Part shown: in pieces, positions 12,395-24,070 of the stretch | Layout of the letters: each line of letters opens with the position of its first letter | Position numbering within the stretch: position 1 is the stretch's first letter | Assembly (NCBI GenBank): GCA_051294905.1 | Contig: CM119372.1 | Location: 2,978,001 to 3,042,000 of the forward strand | Source: Botryllus schlosseri | Taxonomy: Eukaryota | DNA: 64,000 nucleotides | Direction of reading: 5' to 3' | Translations under genes and position numbers: made by a program | Notes under the pieces: model-generated | Told to the model about the DNA's origin: nothing | The model's input: the letters and a program-made list of their open reading frames with translations, nothing else | The model's database searches: none

Positions 12395-13090
12395 CAGTGC
12401 TTTTCAACCTTTTTGAGCTTCATTCGGACTTTTTTTGTAAAATAAATTTCATTCGCACAAACTAACCGAAAATCGTTATGCAAAAAGCAGATGAAAATAC
12501 AACATTTATTTGTTCAGATGTGCCACAAATCGGCTAATGTATCTTAAGCTATGAAGTGTAGTGTCTCATTAAAAAGGCTACTATTTTCGCTCGTTTTCAT
12601 TTCAACTATTTCACTAAAACCCTTCTCGGCCAAACAAGTTGTTGGGTTTTGTACAAGAACGTCTACTAGTGCTTGGACGGCCAGGTCTTAAAATCTGTTC
12701 TGCACTTCTATCCAAAATACAACGTGTTTTTCACGAGTGAAAAATGCTTGCTGGAAGAAATCGATTTTGAGAGCTGACGAAAAGGTCTAGGAGACTCCAG
12801 TACGTCGAAATGGTGAAAAACCCACTTGTTTGTGTTGAGGCTTTCGCCTTATGTCTTGGAAAATAAGGTCCAAACGATCAAGAAGAGTAGGCACATTAGA
12901 GCTCGCTACCTTATGATACTTTTTTTCGATTTCACATTTTCTGTCTTGCTAGTATGTGGGAAGAGCAAATTAACTCACGATACTGTGTGTTCTGCTCTTT
13001 AGCTCAATCTAACTTGAGAATTCATAACAGTTGAATAACGTTAAAGCAAATTTTTATACTACCACCAAAATCTGAGTTTTTGCGGCATCT
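12395..13090 (-). mobile_element. Degenerate hAT (Buster/Charlie-type) fragment
   Basis: CAGTGCTTTTCAACC terminus; remnant VLVQNPTTCLAEKGFS on the minus strand. Confidence 0.6.
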
Positions 13091-13285
13091 GGCGACCCGA
13101 GCCTCACCCATGAAAAGGAATTCATTTTGAATATTACAGCAGTATGCTACGATTTTACGGACATGTATGACATACAGAACGCGCACAACACAATTCTATC
13201 CAACACAGCTCTACAAATGTGTCTGACGCACGCGATTTAAAATTAAGGTGAATTAAATACCTCCGCGTGTCGCAGTTGTACTACT

Positions 13286-14262
13286 TAGGGATGGTGTGAA
13301 CCTCTGAAAGGTTCAGGTTCGTGTGAACGCGAACCTTTTTGAAAGGTTCTGTGTGAACGCGAACGTGAACCTCATGACGTCACGTGACGTCATATTGCTA
13401 ATTCCAAACCTATCTTTCAATGAAGTGATAGCCTAGCGACGAGCCACATAATGCCACAATGCTGAAGTACATATCGGCGTTTTAAACGTCGCTAGATGTA
13501 TCAACTGAGGCAATCAGATGATAAAATACTTCCATAAAATCAATATCATCCGTCGCGTTGCCAACAATTTCGACGAGGACTAGCCAGGGAATATACGCTT
13601 ACGCCTTAACGATCTTGGCCAGACCGGACAATGTATTCTGCGTCTGAGTATTGCCAAATTGATATTGAGCAGAGTGTAAAGCAGGTTTCTATACTTGCTA
13701 CTGATATTAGGCTATCCCACAAGTTATACAGCTGTAGCAAACACCTCAATCGTACGGATTTTGTTTTAATGATGCAGTAAACATATGAAGCCAAGATTGA
13801 CCCCGTACACCTGCTAGATTTGTTACATCAAAAAACTATATCAATCTCATAGATTGATTGGTTGAATAAACATCATTCGCTGACTACATGTAGTGTATTT
13901 CGCTCGTGATGTTGTGTGATTTCGGGTCAAGCTCACAACAGAGTGTCACTAAATATTCACAAACGGGAAGCTGGATATTTCGAGCAAACTTTTGTAATGA
14001 AACAAGTAAAATTTTTGAGATTGTCAAGGTGCATGCTCGTTTTGCTCTGATTTTTTATGCTGCCAGCGCCATGCATAGAGTGGCCCACAGTTGAAATGCA
14101 ATAAATTCGAACCAAAGATGCAATAATTAAGTGAAAATTGTAATATATGAAAACGGTTCACAGTGCAGAACCTACCAAGGTTCTGTTGTGAACGCGAACC
14201 TCTAAATTTCCGAGGTTCACACACAGAACGCGAACGTGAACCTCACGTTCACACCATCCCTA
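13286..14262. mobile_element. hAT (Ac-like) non-autonomous element
   Basis: TIR TAGGGATGGTGTGAAC / GTTCACACCATCCCTA; many GTGAAC/GTTCAC subterminal repeats; imperfect TSD G(T)ACTACT. Confidence 0.85.
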
Positions 14263-15928
14263 GACTACTGTCTACTCAGATTGCAAGAACGGGACTATTC
14301 CGTGCCGACAACGGAGCATATCCATATCGAATGGCCTGGCCATTCAGCATCGCTCATTTTTTGGCCAAGGTTTTGTCGACTCTTACGGTTTGGCACCGCA
14401 TTTTATCAGCGGTTTGTTGGCCAAAACTTTACGTCTTCCTTTGACCCGACGCAGAAGGGGTTGGCCTCGAAATGAATGAGTATCATAGACCTGAACTCAC
14501 TCGTTGCTCATCCCTAGTCCCTACACCAGTTCATCCCAACGGTATTCGACCATGTTTTCCAGAAAAACCAGTCGGACAAATCTTATCATGAATTCTCATT
14601 ATAAAACCATATTTTCTGCGTGTCTCGCTTATTGGCTACAGTAGCATACCCAGCTCCGTGACCTCAGATTTGTAAAGACTATCGCGGGATTTTTGCAATA
14701 AATTCAACAAATATCACATAAATATTAACGGATAGCTCTGGCACCGTGTCGACCCAAAATTATACCCTTTGCGGTCCATACTTTAATAATCCTTGAAGGG
14801 GTAAAAAGTTGTGGTACAGTAACTTGCAAATGTGAGTCTGTAATGATGGTCTTTACTATTATCCTCGTGCCTTGCACTAATCAAACAGTCATTACGAAAG
14901 TATGATGATTTTCAGCGAAAGAAAGCAGAAAGTCAACTTGACGTCATTTTTCGAGCCTGCCGCAGGCTCAGACGGGCTGATATACTGTATGTCTGCCACT
15001 ACACAAGCTGCCAAACCAGGCTTTTGGTTACGTAATAATTATGGTGCGAAAATATTAATTCGCTACGGCTTGTGAGAGCTACGATTAGTGTGGTGCGTCG
15101 TAAGTGAAACAAGTTTTTACAATTGCGTCGCAACAACAAAAGTTACACTGCCCTTCAATTTCCTATTAGGTTTATTTGAATTATTCCAGGTCAGAAAATC
15201 AACACTTATTATTCACGATTTTCATTCGCACTCATCCAAGATTTTCATTCGCACCATTCGCACCGCCTCCTTCATTCGCACTACAATTTTTTTCATTCGC
15301 ACCAGTGCGAACCGTCACACAGGTTGATAAGCACTGACTTAGATTATAGCGGTACCGATTTAGCACCTGAAACACCTCTTCGACTTTAGAAGACCGTGGC
15401 GGTATCTTAACGTAATACACACACTGAGCCAAGCTGGCGACTCGAGTACTTTTCGGTGCCTTCCATCTTCTACTTGAGTAGCATCTAGAGGTGCTCTGTA
15501 CGTTTTTGGCAAAACTACCTGCTTTTTAAAACACCTGCATTATGGTATCTACATATATAGTCTCGAGGGTACATCTTGCGATATCGAAAGTAGCCAACTC
15601 CGATTAACTCGAACTGCTAAAATTGATACGCGAACCGCAAACCAAATATAATCTTGGAAATCCCTTATTGAGTACTTTTTAAACCGTTGACTTTCTACTT
15701 CCGCTTAAATACGTGTTGAGATGTCTCTGGTATTTGCTACTTCTACTTGTATTTGAGGAGTAATTGACGGCATTGTTCCTACTTTTACCGGAGTGGCAAA
15801 AGTGCTGGGTTTGGCCAGCTCTGGAAATTACGCATCCTGTTTGAAAAGGAGGTCTTAATGACTGACACCCCGCTAAGATATGAAAAGGCGTTGGATGATA
15901 TATGTCCAATATTGGCAATCGTACTGAC

Positions 15929-16124
15929 CTTCAATTTCCGCGGTCCATTCGAATTTGGCTCTACTCTCTCCAAGCTCGTTCTCAGCAATACATTGGTAGG
16001 TGCCAACCGGTTTGTGTGACATGGTAAGCGTGGATTTGTTGTCAGAGATTTCTTTGACTGTAAACGGATTTCTTTTAGTATTCGGCTGGGCAATTTTGAC
16101 CAATATAGGGTCAACAAATTTCTC
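15929..16124 (-). CDS. Ig receptor B exon 11: second half of domain 5
   Basis: gtag|EKFVDPILVKIAQPNTKRNPFTVKEISDNKSTLTMSHKPVGTYQCIAENELGESRAKFEWTAEIE|gtcagt; phase 0->1. Confidence 0.88.
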
Positions 16125-16715
16125 CTACGCGCCCAAACATTTTTCACCTTTTAACAATTGTCTGACCCCCAACAGGTTAACCAACACATCTTCTGACGGG
16201 CATCGCACCCCTGACTCATTACTTATTACGTGGAATCCATCGCCACCCTTTATACATACAATTCATACGCACACACTTTCGGTAGTGAACTAAGTCCAGA
16301 GTTACGCGATTCGCGAACGAGCCGGGTTAGGTAACTGCGGATTCAAGACTTATCTGCTGATGTCTATCGGTCAACTATGTGTAAACATATCAATATGGCG
16401 AATTTTAATGTCATAAAAATTATGAATCTGGTCAATAATATTGATACCGGTATATACGGCATATACGTGATCATACGTTCATGCCACGCGGTTATAATAC
16501 TACATTTATCGGATATTCAGGTTCACACTTTCTAGCTAGACCAAACTAAAAGAAATAGTCGCACAGGCTGCGAAGCAGAGCTGGACAACTAACATTTTAA
16601 GCAATTTACAGTTATAGGATTATAACGAAAATATAACGGTAGCTAGCCTACCTCCGGATCTTACCATCCAGCTAATTCACAAGCATGCACATAGACTTAT
16701 ATAGATTCTATATCG

Positions 16716-19430
16716 CAGTGGCGGCTCGTCCTATAGGGCAACTGGGGCATTGCCCCACCTAAAATTCTGTTCAATAACAATTTAACCATTTATAGACGCA
16801 CAGCGCTCAATATATATCGAGATCACAGCGAAACCCGCGTTCTTCTTGTGCTTTCGCTTGCAAATGCCCATACATAGCGAAGTCTCCGCGAAAATCGAAT
16901 TCTCTTCTGTGTTTTCGCTTTGTGAATGCCTAGCCGGGGCTTGTCCCGGTAGCGCTCATAACAAGCTTTCACTATCTATTCTCTCAAAGCTGCGCACAAT
17001 TAAGAAACGTTGCTTTACTCTCTCCTATTCGTAAAATGGCCGAGCAACCGGGGCAAATATGCTTGCTCGCCCCTAAGGTGTGATGTAACAATCGTATCTA
17101 TATCTGAACTCGGATACCGTGATATGCGTTGAGTCGACCGTTGCTGGTACAGGTCGATTTTGATGGTGTTTCACACCATGATAATTCTTGAAACTTGGTA
17201 TGTCATGTCGTGATGGTGGTATTTAACACTGTCCTAAGTTTCAGGGTTTCTACTCAAAGTTTAGGGTAGTAATTCCGTTTCCAAAGTCGAGTGTGTGCTG
17301 ATCGGTCATGTATCGCAAACATATTTCACGCAAAGCCGGTATTGGTCTCCATTGATTTTAACGATGCTCCTTAGCTAGATCCGTCATGAACTTTTACATG
17401 GTATGTCTTGATTTTAGTATCGAACGCTGTGCCAAGTCTCAAGGTTGACACTCAATGATTAGGGCAGCAATTTCGTTATTAAGTTCGAGTATGGTAGAGA
17501 TGTGCGCTGATCTGACACTTAGCCTACCTAACGCATTGCGGATTTCACGCAAAAGCCGGTGTATCTGTGTTCCATACTGAGATAGGTGATGAGATGATGA
17601 TATCATGAAACAGTTTACTAACATCCTCGGTTTGCATTCAAATATTTAGTTTTATTTTATATTCTCCAATGTCAATTTCACCGTGGAATGGTGGCCTTCG
17701 GGCCATTTGCTCACAATTACAACCCCTGTCAAGCGCGATAGCTGTTTCGTTTTCGATGGCGGCTAACAGCTGATCGCTTGATCAGCCGATTCCTCAGTAA
17801 ATATTACGCAAAATTCGGCGTTGATCTGTTCGTATTAATTTTGACAGTGTACCATACCGAAAACGGTCATGAGGCTATACTTCTCGATGATTTCATGTAA
17901 CCTTGTACCAAGTTTTCGGCTTTCATCCACGTATTTATTCGGTAATATATTTTCCGAAGGCGATTTTGCAGCAGACATATAGACACTATAGACCGTAAGC
18001 CGTATGTGTCGTGTGACAGTCTCCAGCCTCAAGGCCAGAATCTCCCAAGCTGTACCGGGACCGAATTTCCGAGGCTGCTATCCGTAGTTCTTCAGAAAGA
18101 TGTTTTGGATTCAATATGACATTTCCTTGTCCAATCTATGAGATAACAATTGCGTATGTGTCCGAACTCGTTGACCTTTCCAGTTAGGCATACGCAATCT
18201 CTCGATTTATAGTCATTTCCATTTCTGCAGATAAGTAGTCAGGTCAAGTGCGAACATGAATCGTGTTGAATCTTTGCTCCGTACGCCGTTTAGCCAGCTG
18301 CCTTCAGAGCAAAAATTAGAGGTAAAGCGACTAGGTCCGTATCAGCCTAGAAATTGCCCATTGATCCAATCGTACGCCGGAGGAAAGCGCACTCGTGCCT
18401 TTTCTTCAGCGCATTTCGATAAAAATGAATGGCTTACTTATGGCGAGGATAAAAACGCCTTGTTTTGCTTTTACTGTCTTTTATTCGACAGTGCCGGTAC
18501 CGGAAGCAGTGGCTCTTGTTGGAACAAAATTGGTTATCGCGATCTGAAGCATTTGTCAGAGCGTCTGAAAACGCACCAAAAATCCCAAGTGCACATGGCT
18601 AGTGCAGTTAAATATAAATTGTTTGGCAGAGTAAATGTAATGTCGCAGCTCAATGAAAGTTATCGCGTATCAGTCTGCAAGCACAACGAGCTTGTAGATA
18701 AGAATAGGCATGTTCTCTCTCGGGTGATTGATGCCAATAAATTTATTGGAGTTCATGAATTGCCCCTTCGAGGCCACGATGAGAAGGAATGCTCTCTCAA
18801 TAGGGGGGTATTTTTGGATCTAATTAAATACACGGCTTCCATTGATAGCATTTTGCGCGAACATCTCGACACCGCGACAGTAGCTAAGGGTACCTCAAAG
18901 ACTATTCAAAATGATGTGCTTGATTCGATATATCACATCTATCTACAGCATTTGTTTACCGAGATTGTTGACGCTGAATTTCTATCTATTCAGTCTGACG
19001 AAACAACTGACATTACGTGTTTGTCACAACTAGTCGTGATTTTTCGGTTCACGAAATTTGGTATGCCAGACGAACGATTCCACAGCTTTGTGGCTGTTGA
19101 CGATCGCACTGCTGTCGGAATTTCTTACGTATTAAAAAAAAACATTACAGCCCTATTCAGTTGAGTCGAAACTTATTGCGCAAACCTACGACGGCGCAGC
19201 AGTCATGAGCGGATCGCGACATAGCGTACAAGTTTTAATGAAAGAAGTTTACCCGCACTTCTAGTCACGCCACCGGCAAACCTCTCGCGGCACCTACGTT
19301 AAAAATCATTGTTTACGGGAAATTCATGTGGCCATCATGAACGTTGAAAAACGCTACTGTGACGTCATATTGATAACAAGTCGCTTGCGGCCCTTGCCCC
19401 ACCACCCGATATTGTCACGAGCCGCCACTG
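16716..19430 (+). mobile_element. Internally deleted hAT DNA transposon
   Basis: 14-bp perfect TIR CAGTGGCGGCTCGT, 8-bp TSD CTATATCG on both sides, internal transposase. Confidence 0.95.
18256..19258 (+). pseudogene. hAT transposase (ZMYM1-like, TTF-type zinc finger + DUF4371 region), frameshifted and C-terminally deleted
   Basis: WL..FCFYC..H..S..H, LPLRGHDE, DETTD; frameshift in the A-run near 19140 continues as LIAQTYDGAAVMSG..VQVLMKEVYPH and then breaks off before the CxxH and dimerisation region. Confidence 0.9.
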
Positions 19431-21232
19431 CTATATCGGTTATTTTAGCATTTATGGACGCAGATTGGCGAGTGCTATACATTGAAATAAACTGAAAATG
19501 CATACCGTATCATTACTACAACATACTATTATGTGTTATGTCGTTATGTGATAGCTCGTCAAACATTCCAGCACGTAATGCACAAGTTTGCGAGGGATCA
19601 TACGCCGAGTAATATTGGACTTATAGCAATTTATACTTGACTATGAGCCGTTATTTTGATGCAAGTAAAATTGCGCCGAAATGTACACTAAACATAGACA
19701 AAATATAAAGTTATATGACCAGCGGAACTCAAGATATATCCTTGTCTGACGGGTATTCAATATTCATCCATGCATTTGACGCTAGACTGCAATAATTCTC
19801 TTTCTAGGTTTTCAGAAGCGGCCTTGGAAGGCTTTAGACATAACTAATATATACCTTCAACTTAGCATTCATATTCAGAAATTGACTATAACTATTCATA
19901 GAAACAAACAACAACTGTCGTCTATTATATTTTTCTGGCATATCTAGAGGTCAATAAGAGCCGCAAGAAGGCTATCTTGGAGCCGCATGCGGCACTGAGA
20001 GCCGCGGTTGGGATCACTGTATACATGTTCTCCTGTCGCAATTTCAGGAAAACCAGAAATTAGATTAGAATTAAAATTAGAGCAAATAAACACGTCACAA
20101 ATTAGATTAGAATTAGAGAATAAAAACATTTAAAAAATTTGACTAGAATTATCCATAGTTATCTAGTTGTCCGAGTCTTCCGTGCAGAAATGCGTGCCAG
20201 AAATTTCGCGATGGCGCGTGACCTAGATATAACAGAGAGTGCAATGATACATTTCGAGAAATGTTTAGCTGCAGTCCGAATACGATGGTATACTGAATAA
20301 AATGGCTGCTGTCATACCAACCTTTTTCACACCATTATCTTGCATTTAAGACCATATCATATTCACAGCGCAGTGCCCCTTAACATAAAACAGCCCCATG
20401 GATGCGTTTTATTCAGTAAAATATTGGAAATGAACCAAACTAGTGCGTGGCAATTGGGAATTTTTGCAATCATACGCACATACGCGCAATTTCTGTTTAT
20501 GAGACTTCACTCCCTTAAAGCTGATGGATATTGTATTATACTGAATGTCAGTATGCAAAATTCATGAATTTGATTTCAAATCGGAGTACTGCCCTGAGAT
20601 GAACCAGCCGGGCATGCGTGGAAAATTACTAACTAAATGACTCAAACTTTGATCCAAGCTGGTCTTGTGGGGCGTGGTGAGTTCTGTTCACGCAGGCTAC
20701 ATCACCATTTGGCGCATTCTAGGGGTTGCATACACAAACAAACAAACACCCGTGGGATATATCTCGATGTGAAACAATGCATTTGGCTCATTTTCGTAAC
20801 GTAGAACGGGTGTTAAATTAATATTTTCTACCGAAAAGTGATAATGATGTCCATTATACTTTAGAGTCGGGTGGAAATCGGTGCGTTACGCGATTTTCGT
20901 TTAATTAAGTAGATAAGCTTACGTTACTGATTCTTATAACAGATTTCCACTCAAAACGTAGCTATGTCTAAATCCATGCGGCTCAAGGCAGTTAATAAGG
21001 ATTGTTAGCAATAACGGAGAAGTGCAATTTGTACACGCTTTGTCGTAATGAGACAACCTTGCAATAAAGGAAGATAAATGATGAACTCTTTAGCTTGACA
21101 AATTCAATTCAATAAGAAATGGATTATCATTCATAGGTATTTTGTGTACTACGAGTTGCAAATTTGACAAACAAAACCCATTGCAGTCGTAAACCACAGG
21201 GTATTTGTGATATGACGAGATCCAGTCTTTAC

Positions 21233-21294
21233 CTGGTCCCCAGGCGCATAGACACCGGGAGAGACCATGATTCCGGAGAATTTATTACAATATG
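21233..21294 (-). CDS. Ig receptor B exon 10 (62-nt exon inside domain 5)
   Basis: ttttaaag|(A)YCNKFSGIMVSPGVYAPGDQ|gtaaag; converts phase 1 to phase 0, as needed to join exons 9 and 11. Confidence 0.65.
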
Positions 21295-22507
21295 CTTTAA
21301 AATTATTATTTGCGAACTAGTTAGTGATGAATCAGTATTTCGTAAACTGAATACGCACCAAATTATTCACAAGAGATTACATCCACGAATACGCATGATT
21401 ACAGCCAGGATTAAAACGTTGGAGGCCAGACATACAGCGAAATGATGCCAAAATGCAAAGTGACATTACGAGAAAGTTGGCGACATCGCGTTCAGAAAAT
21501 CTACATTGCGTTGAGGTATAGGGCGCATAATATTTCCTTTCTGTTGATGACAGTGGTCTTATGGGTCATCACTTCATCACGTAACACGCATTGCAGTTAC
21601 AATATATTCGAATCAAGTACACTTATATTAAGGAACAGTTTGGATCGCCCCTCATATCGAACGCATCACGGAAATATAGCGACATACGCCGGCCATTTTG
21701 ATTATTCGATAAAATCATTTAATGTAACAGTAAATCGCGGCGATTGCTCCTGTCGGTTTAACGACACCACGCCTTATTGTGGTCACACAGAAATAAATTT
21801 TCAACAGCGAAAGTAGGAATTATATTTCAGGTTAGCGATAGTAATTAAGGCTGCGATTTCCGACGGGTCGCTTTATGCCAGTTTTATAAAAACAACCACA
21901 AAACTTCACAATTTCACTGATATAACTGTTATAAACGGACGCCGAAGAGGCTATTGAAATACTAAAAACTGGCCACCATCTGATAGGAATGTACGCGAAG
22001 GTGAGGTACAGGAAAGAGGACAATTATAAGTACCGGTAAAAAGGATACCATATTTTCACGAGACACTACTTGCTGACATACAGTCGACTCCGATTTATGC
22101 GGACACCGATAATCCGGACAAGAGCTTCATTCAGGCCAAAATGCTCAGGAACGGAACAAAAGAAAATGTTACACGTAAAAACAAGGTTAATTCGGACAGT
22201 TATCCGCTTAATGCGAACGCAGGCTTGCAATTCCTATAGTTCGGTTAAGAAACAATACCCAGTACTTCGTTCTAACAAAAGATGAGGGATTATAGTGATT
22301 GGGTACAATTGTAGAACAGCTTGGTTTGGTACAGGAATGTTTAGCAGAGAAAGTGAAATTGCTCACTTACGTTAACAAAGGAAAACGGATATATACACTA
22401 CAGCTAACTACGTACTACAGTCGGGGTATTTTAGAAATTTCTGGGTAGGGATAGACGTAATAATAATCACTCTGCGATCGATTCACAGTTGAAACAAAGA
22501 AACTTAC

Positions 22508-22745
22508 CATTTTCCATTATCCACGAGATTTTTGGGGCTGGTCGACAGCTACCCACGACTTCGCACTTCAAAGTGTCAGTAGTGCGATCACGAGTTATCT
22601 TGACTCTCTCGGGCGGGAAATTGACTATGATCTCGATTTCTTTGGAGCTCTGGCCGATCTCGTTAACGGCATGGCAAGAATACGGACGCCATATCTCTTG
22701 AGACTTTCTGGACGCGATATTTGTAACCGGTAGCTACCTCTTTAC
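22508..22745 (-). CDS. Ig receptor B exon 9: end of domain 4 and start of domain 5, frameshifted near 22686
   Basis: GKEVATGYKYRVQKVSRDMA / PYSCHAVNEIGQSSKEIEIIVNFPPERVKITRDRTTDTLKCEVVGSCRPAPKISWIMEN|gtaagt; 238 nt is not a multiple of 3 between two phase-1 introns. Confidence 0.85.
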
Positions 22746-22869
22746 CTGTGAAATGAATTAATTCATTATTAAATAAATATATTATTTATTGTGATCAGGT
22801 CGGTCATCGAATTGAGGCATAGAAAATATATCGAAGCAAAGTGAGTCATATTTCATTGCAGTAGGCTAG

Positions 22870-23348
22870 GCGGAGTGATGTGTGGACGTCAAATCGATAT
22901 TTACCAATGCCAATTCTATCTCAAGCATTTATAACAGTTGTACTTGAACCGCGATCGTAATCTGAGTTTTAGTGGCATCTCGCTACGGTTAATTCCAGCC
23001 AAGGTTTTATCGATGCCAATCTTATCCAGCCGTATGCTGACCAAAGCGCAACCAATTATTGCACACCTTCAAGGTAACTACTAAATAATGCCTCAAGACA
23101 GTAATGTCGAACATATTCATAGACCACAATACAACCAGATGTCGGCAGGGATGAGTTCTAACCCAAGTAACTATCAGGAAAAAGTCGGTGACATTGACAT
23201 TACATTCCGTGAAGGCAAAAAAGTGCAAACTGAGGTAAGAGTTTACTGCGAAAATATAACAGTATTCACAGAAGCGGAAATGACAATGCGAAACCATGTA
23301 AAATACATGGAGCTACTCGAAGAATATAAGTCAAATATCTTTGGTTGA
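22870..23348 (+). pseudogene. Degenerate TM + tyrosine-motif cytoplasmic tail of an antisense receptor relic
   Basis: AFITVVL-[1-nt gap]-TAIVI*VLVASRY (22925-22986), then NY*IM, QYNQM and VKYMEL (ITIM consensus, 23298-23315) in or adjacent to ORF 23088..23348. Confidence 0.4.
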
Positions 23349-23678
23349 ACTTCTGCTTACCTTACTCTGACCCAAAACGCCCCAGCGCCGGTCTCCAGAG
23401 AAACATGAATGGTGAATTTGTCAGGTGATGTAAAAAATGGAACAAATTTCTAACGCCCGCGTCTACAATCTCTAGTGTTCCTCACCACGAATACGTAGGG
23501 TCAACGATGCATCATGAGTAATACAGAGGGAGTATAGAAATATTTCAACTAATATCGCCGTTAGAGACACTGATTGAGTGTTGTGTATTTAATCGGCCAA
23601 TCATTCAATTTTTGCCAATTCCTTTGTTTGCAATTAGCTGTGTTGCTCCAACAGAGCTCGAACGATCCGTGATATAAT

Positions 23679-24070
23679 AGGGTTATCATATTTTGGAAAT
23701 CTGAAAAGAGGACATTTTTTCAAAATTTTCAGACTTGCAAAACCGGAGGAAAATCCTGAAAAAATGGTAAATTTTCCCACATCGTGGTCGGTTGATTAAA
23801 AAACGGTCAACTTTTTGGCTAAGCTCCAGAAACACAGTTTTTCTCTCACTTTATCCGTTGGTTGACAAAAAAAGGTCAACTTTCCGGCCCAGCTCCCGAA
23901 ATACCCGCCGGAGCGTTGCTTCAGTGCTGATATTTACTGTATCTAAGTCGAATTTTGTCTTATATTCAACTAAAATTCTAAAAAAAGAGGACATTTGGGC
24001 GTCCTCCGAATACACTTTCCAAAAAGTCAAAAAAGAGGACAAATCCTCTTAAAAGAGGACGAGGGTATCG
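23679..24070. mobile_element. MITE fragment with AAAAGAGGAC subterminal repeats
   Basis: TAGGGTTATCATATTTT start and repeated AAAGAGGAC; right terminus not clear. Confidence 0.55.
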
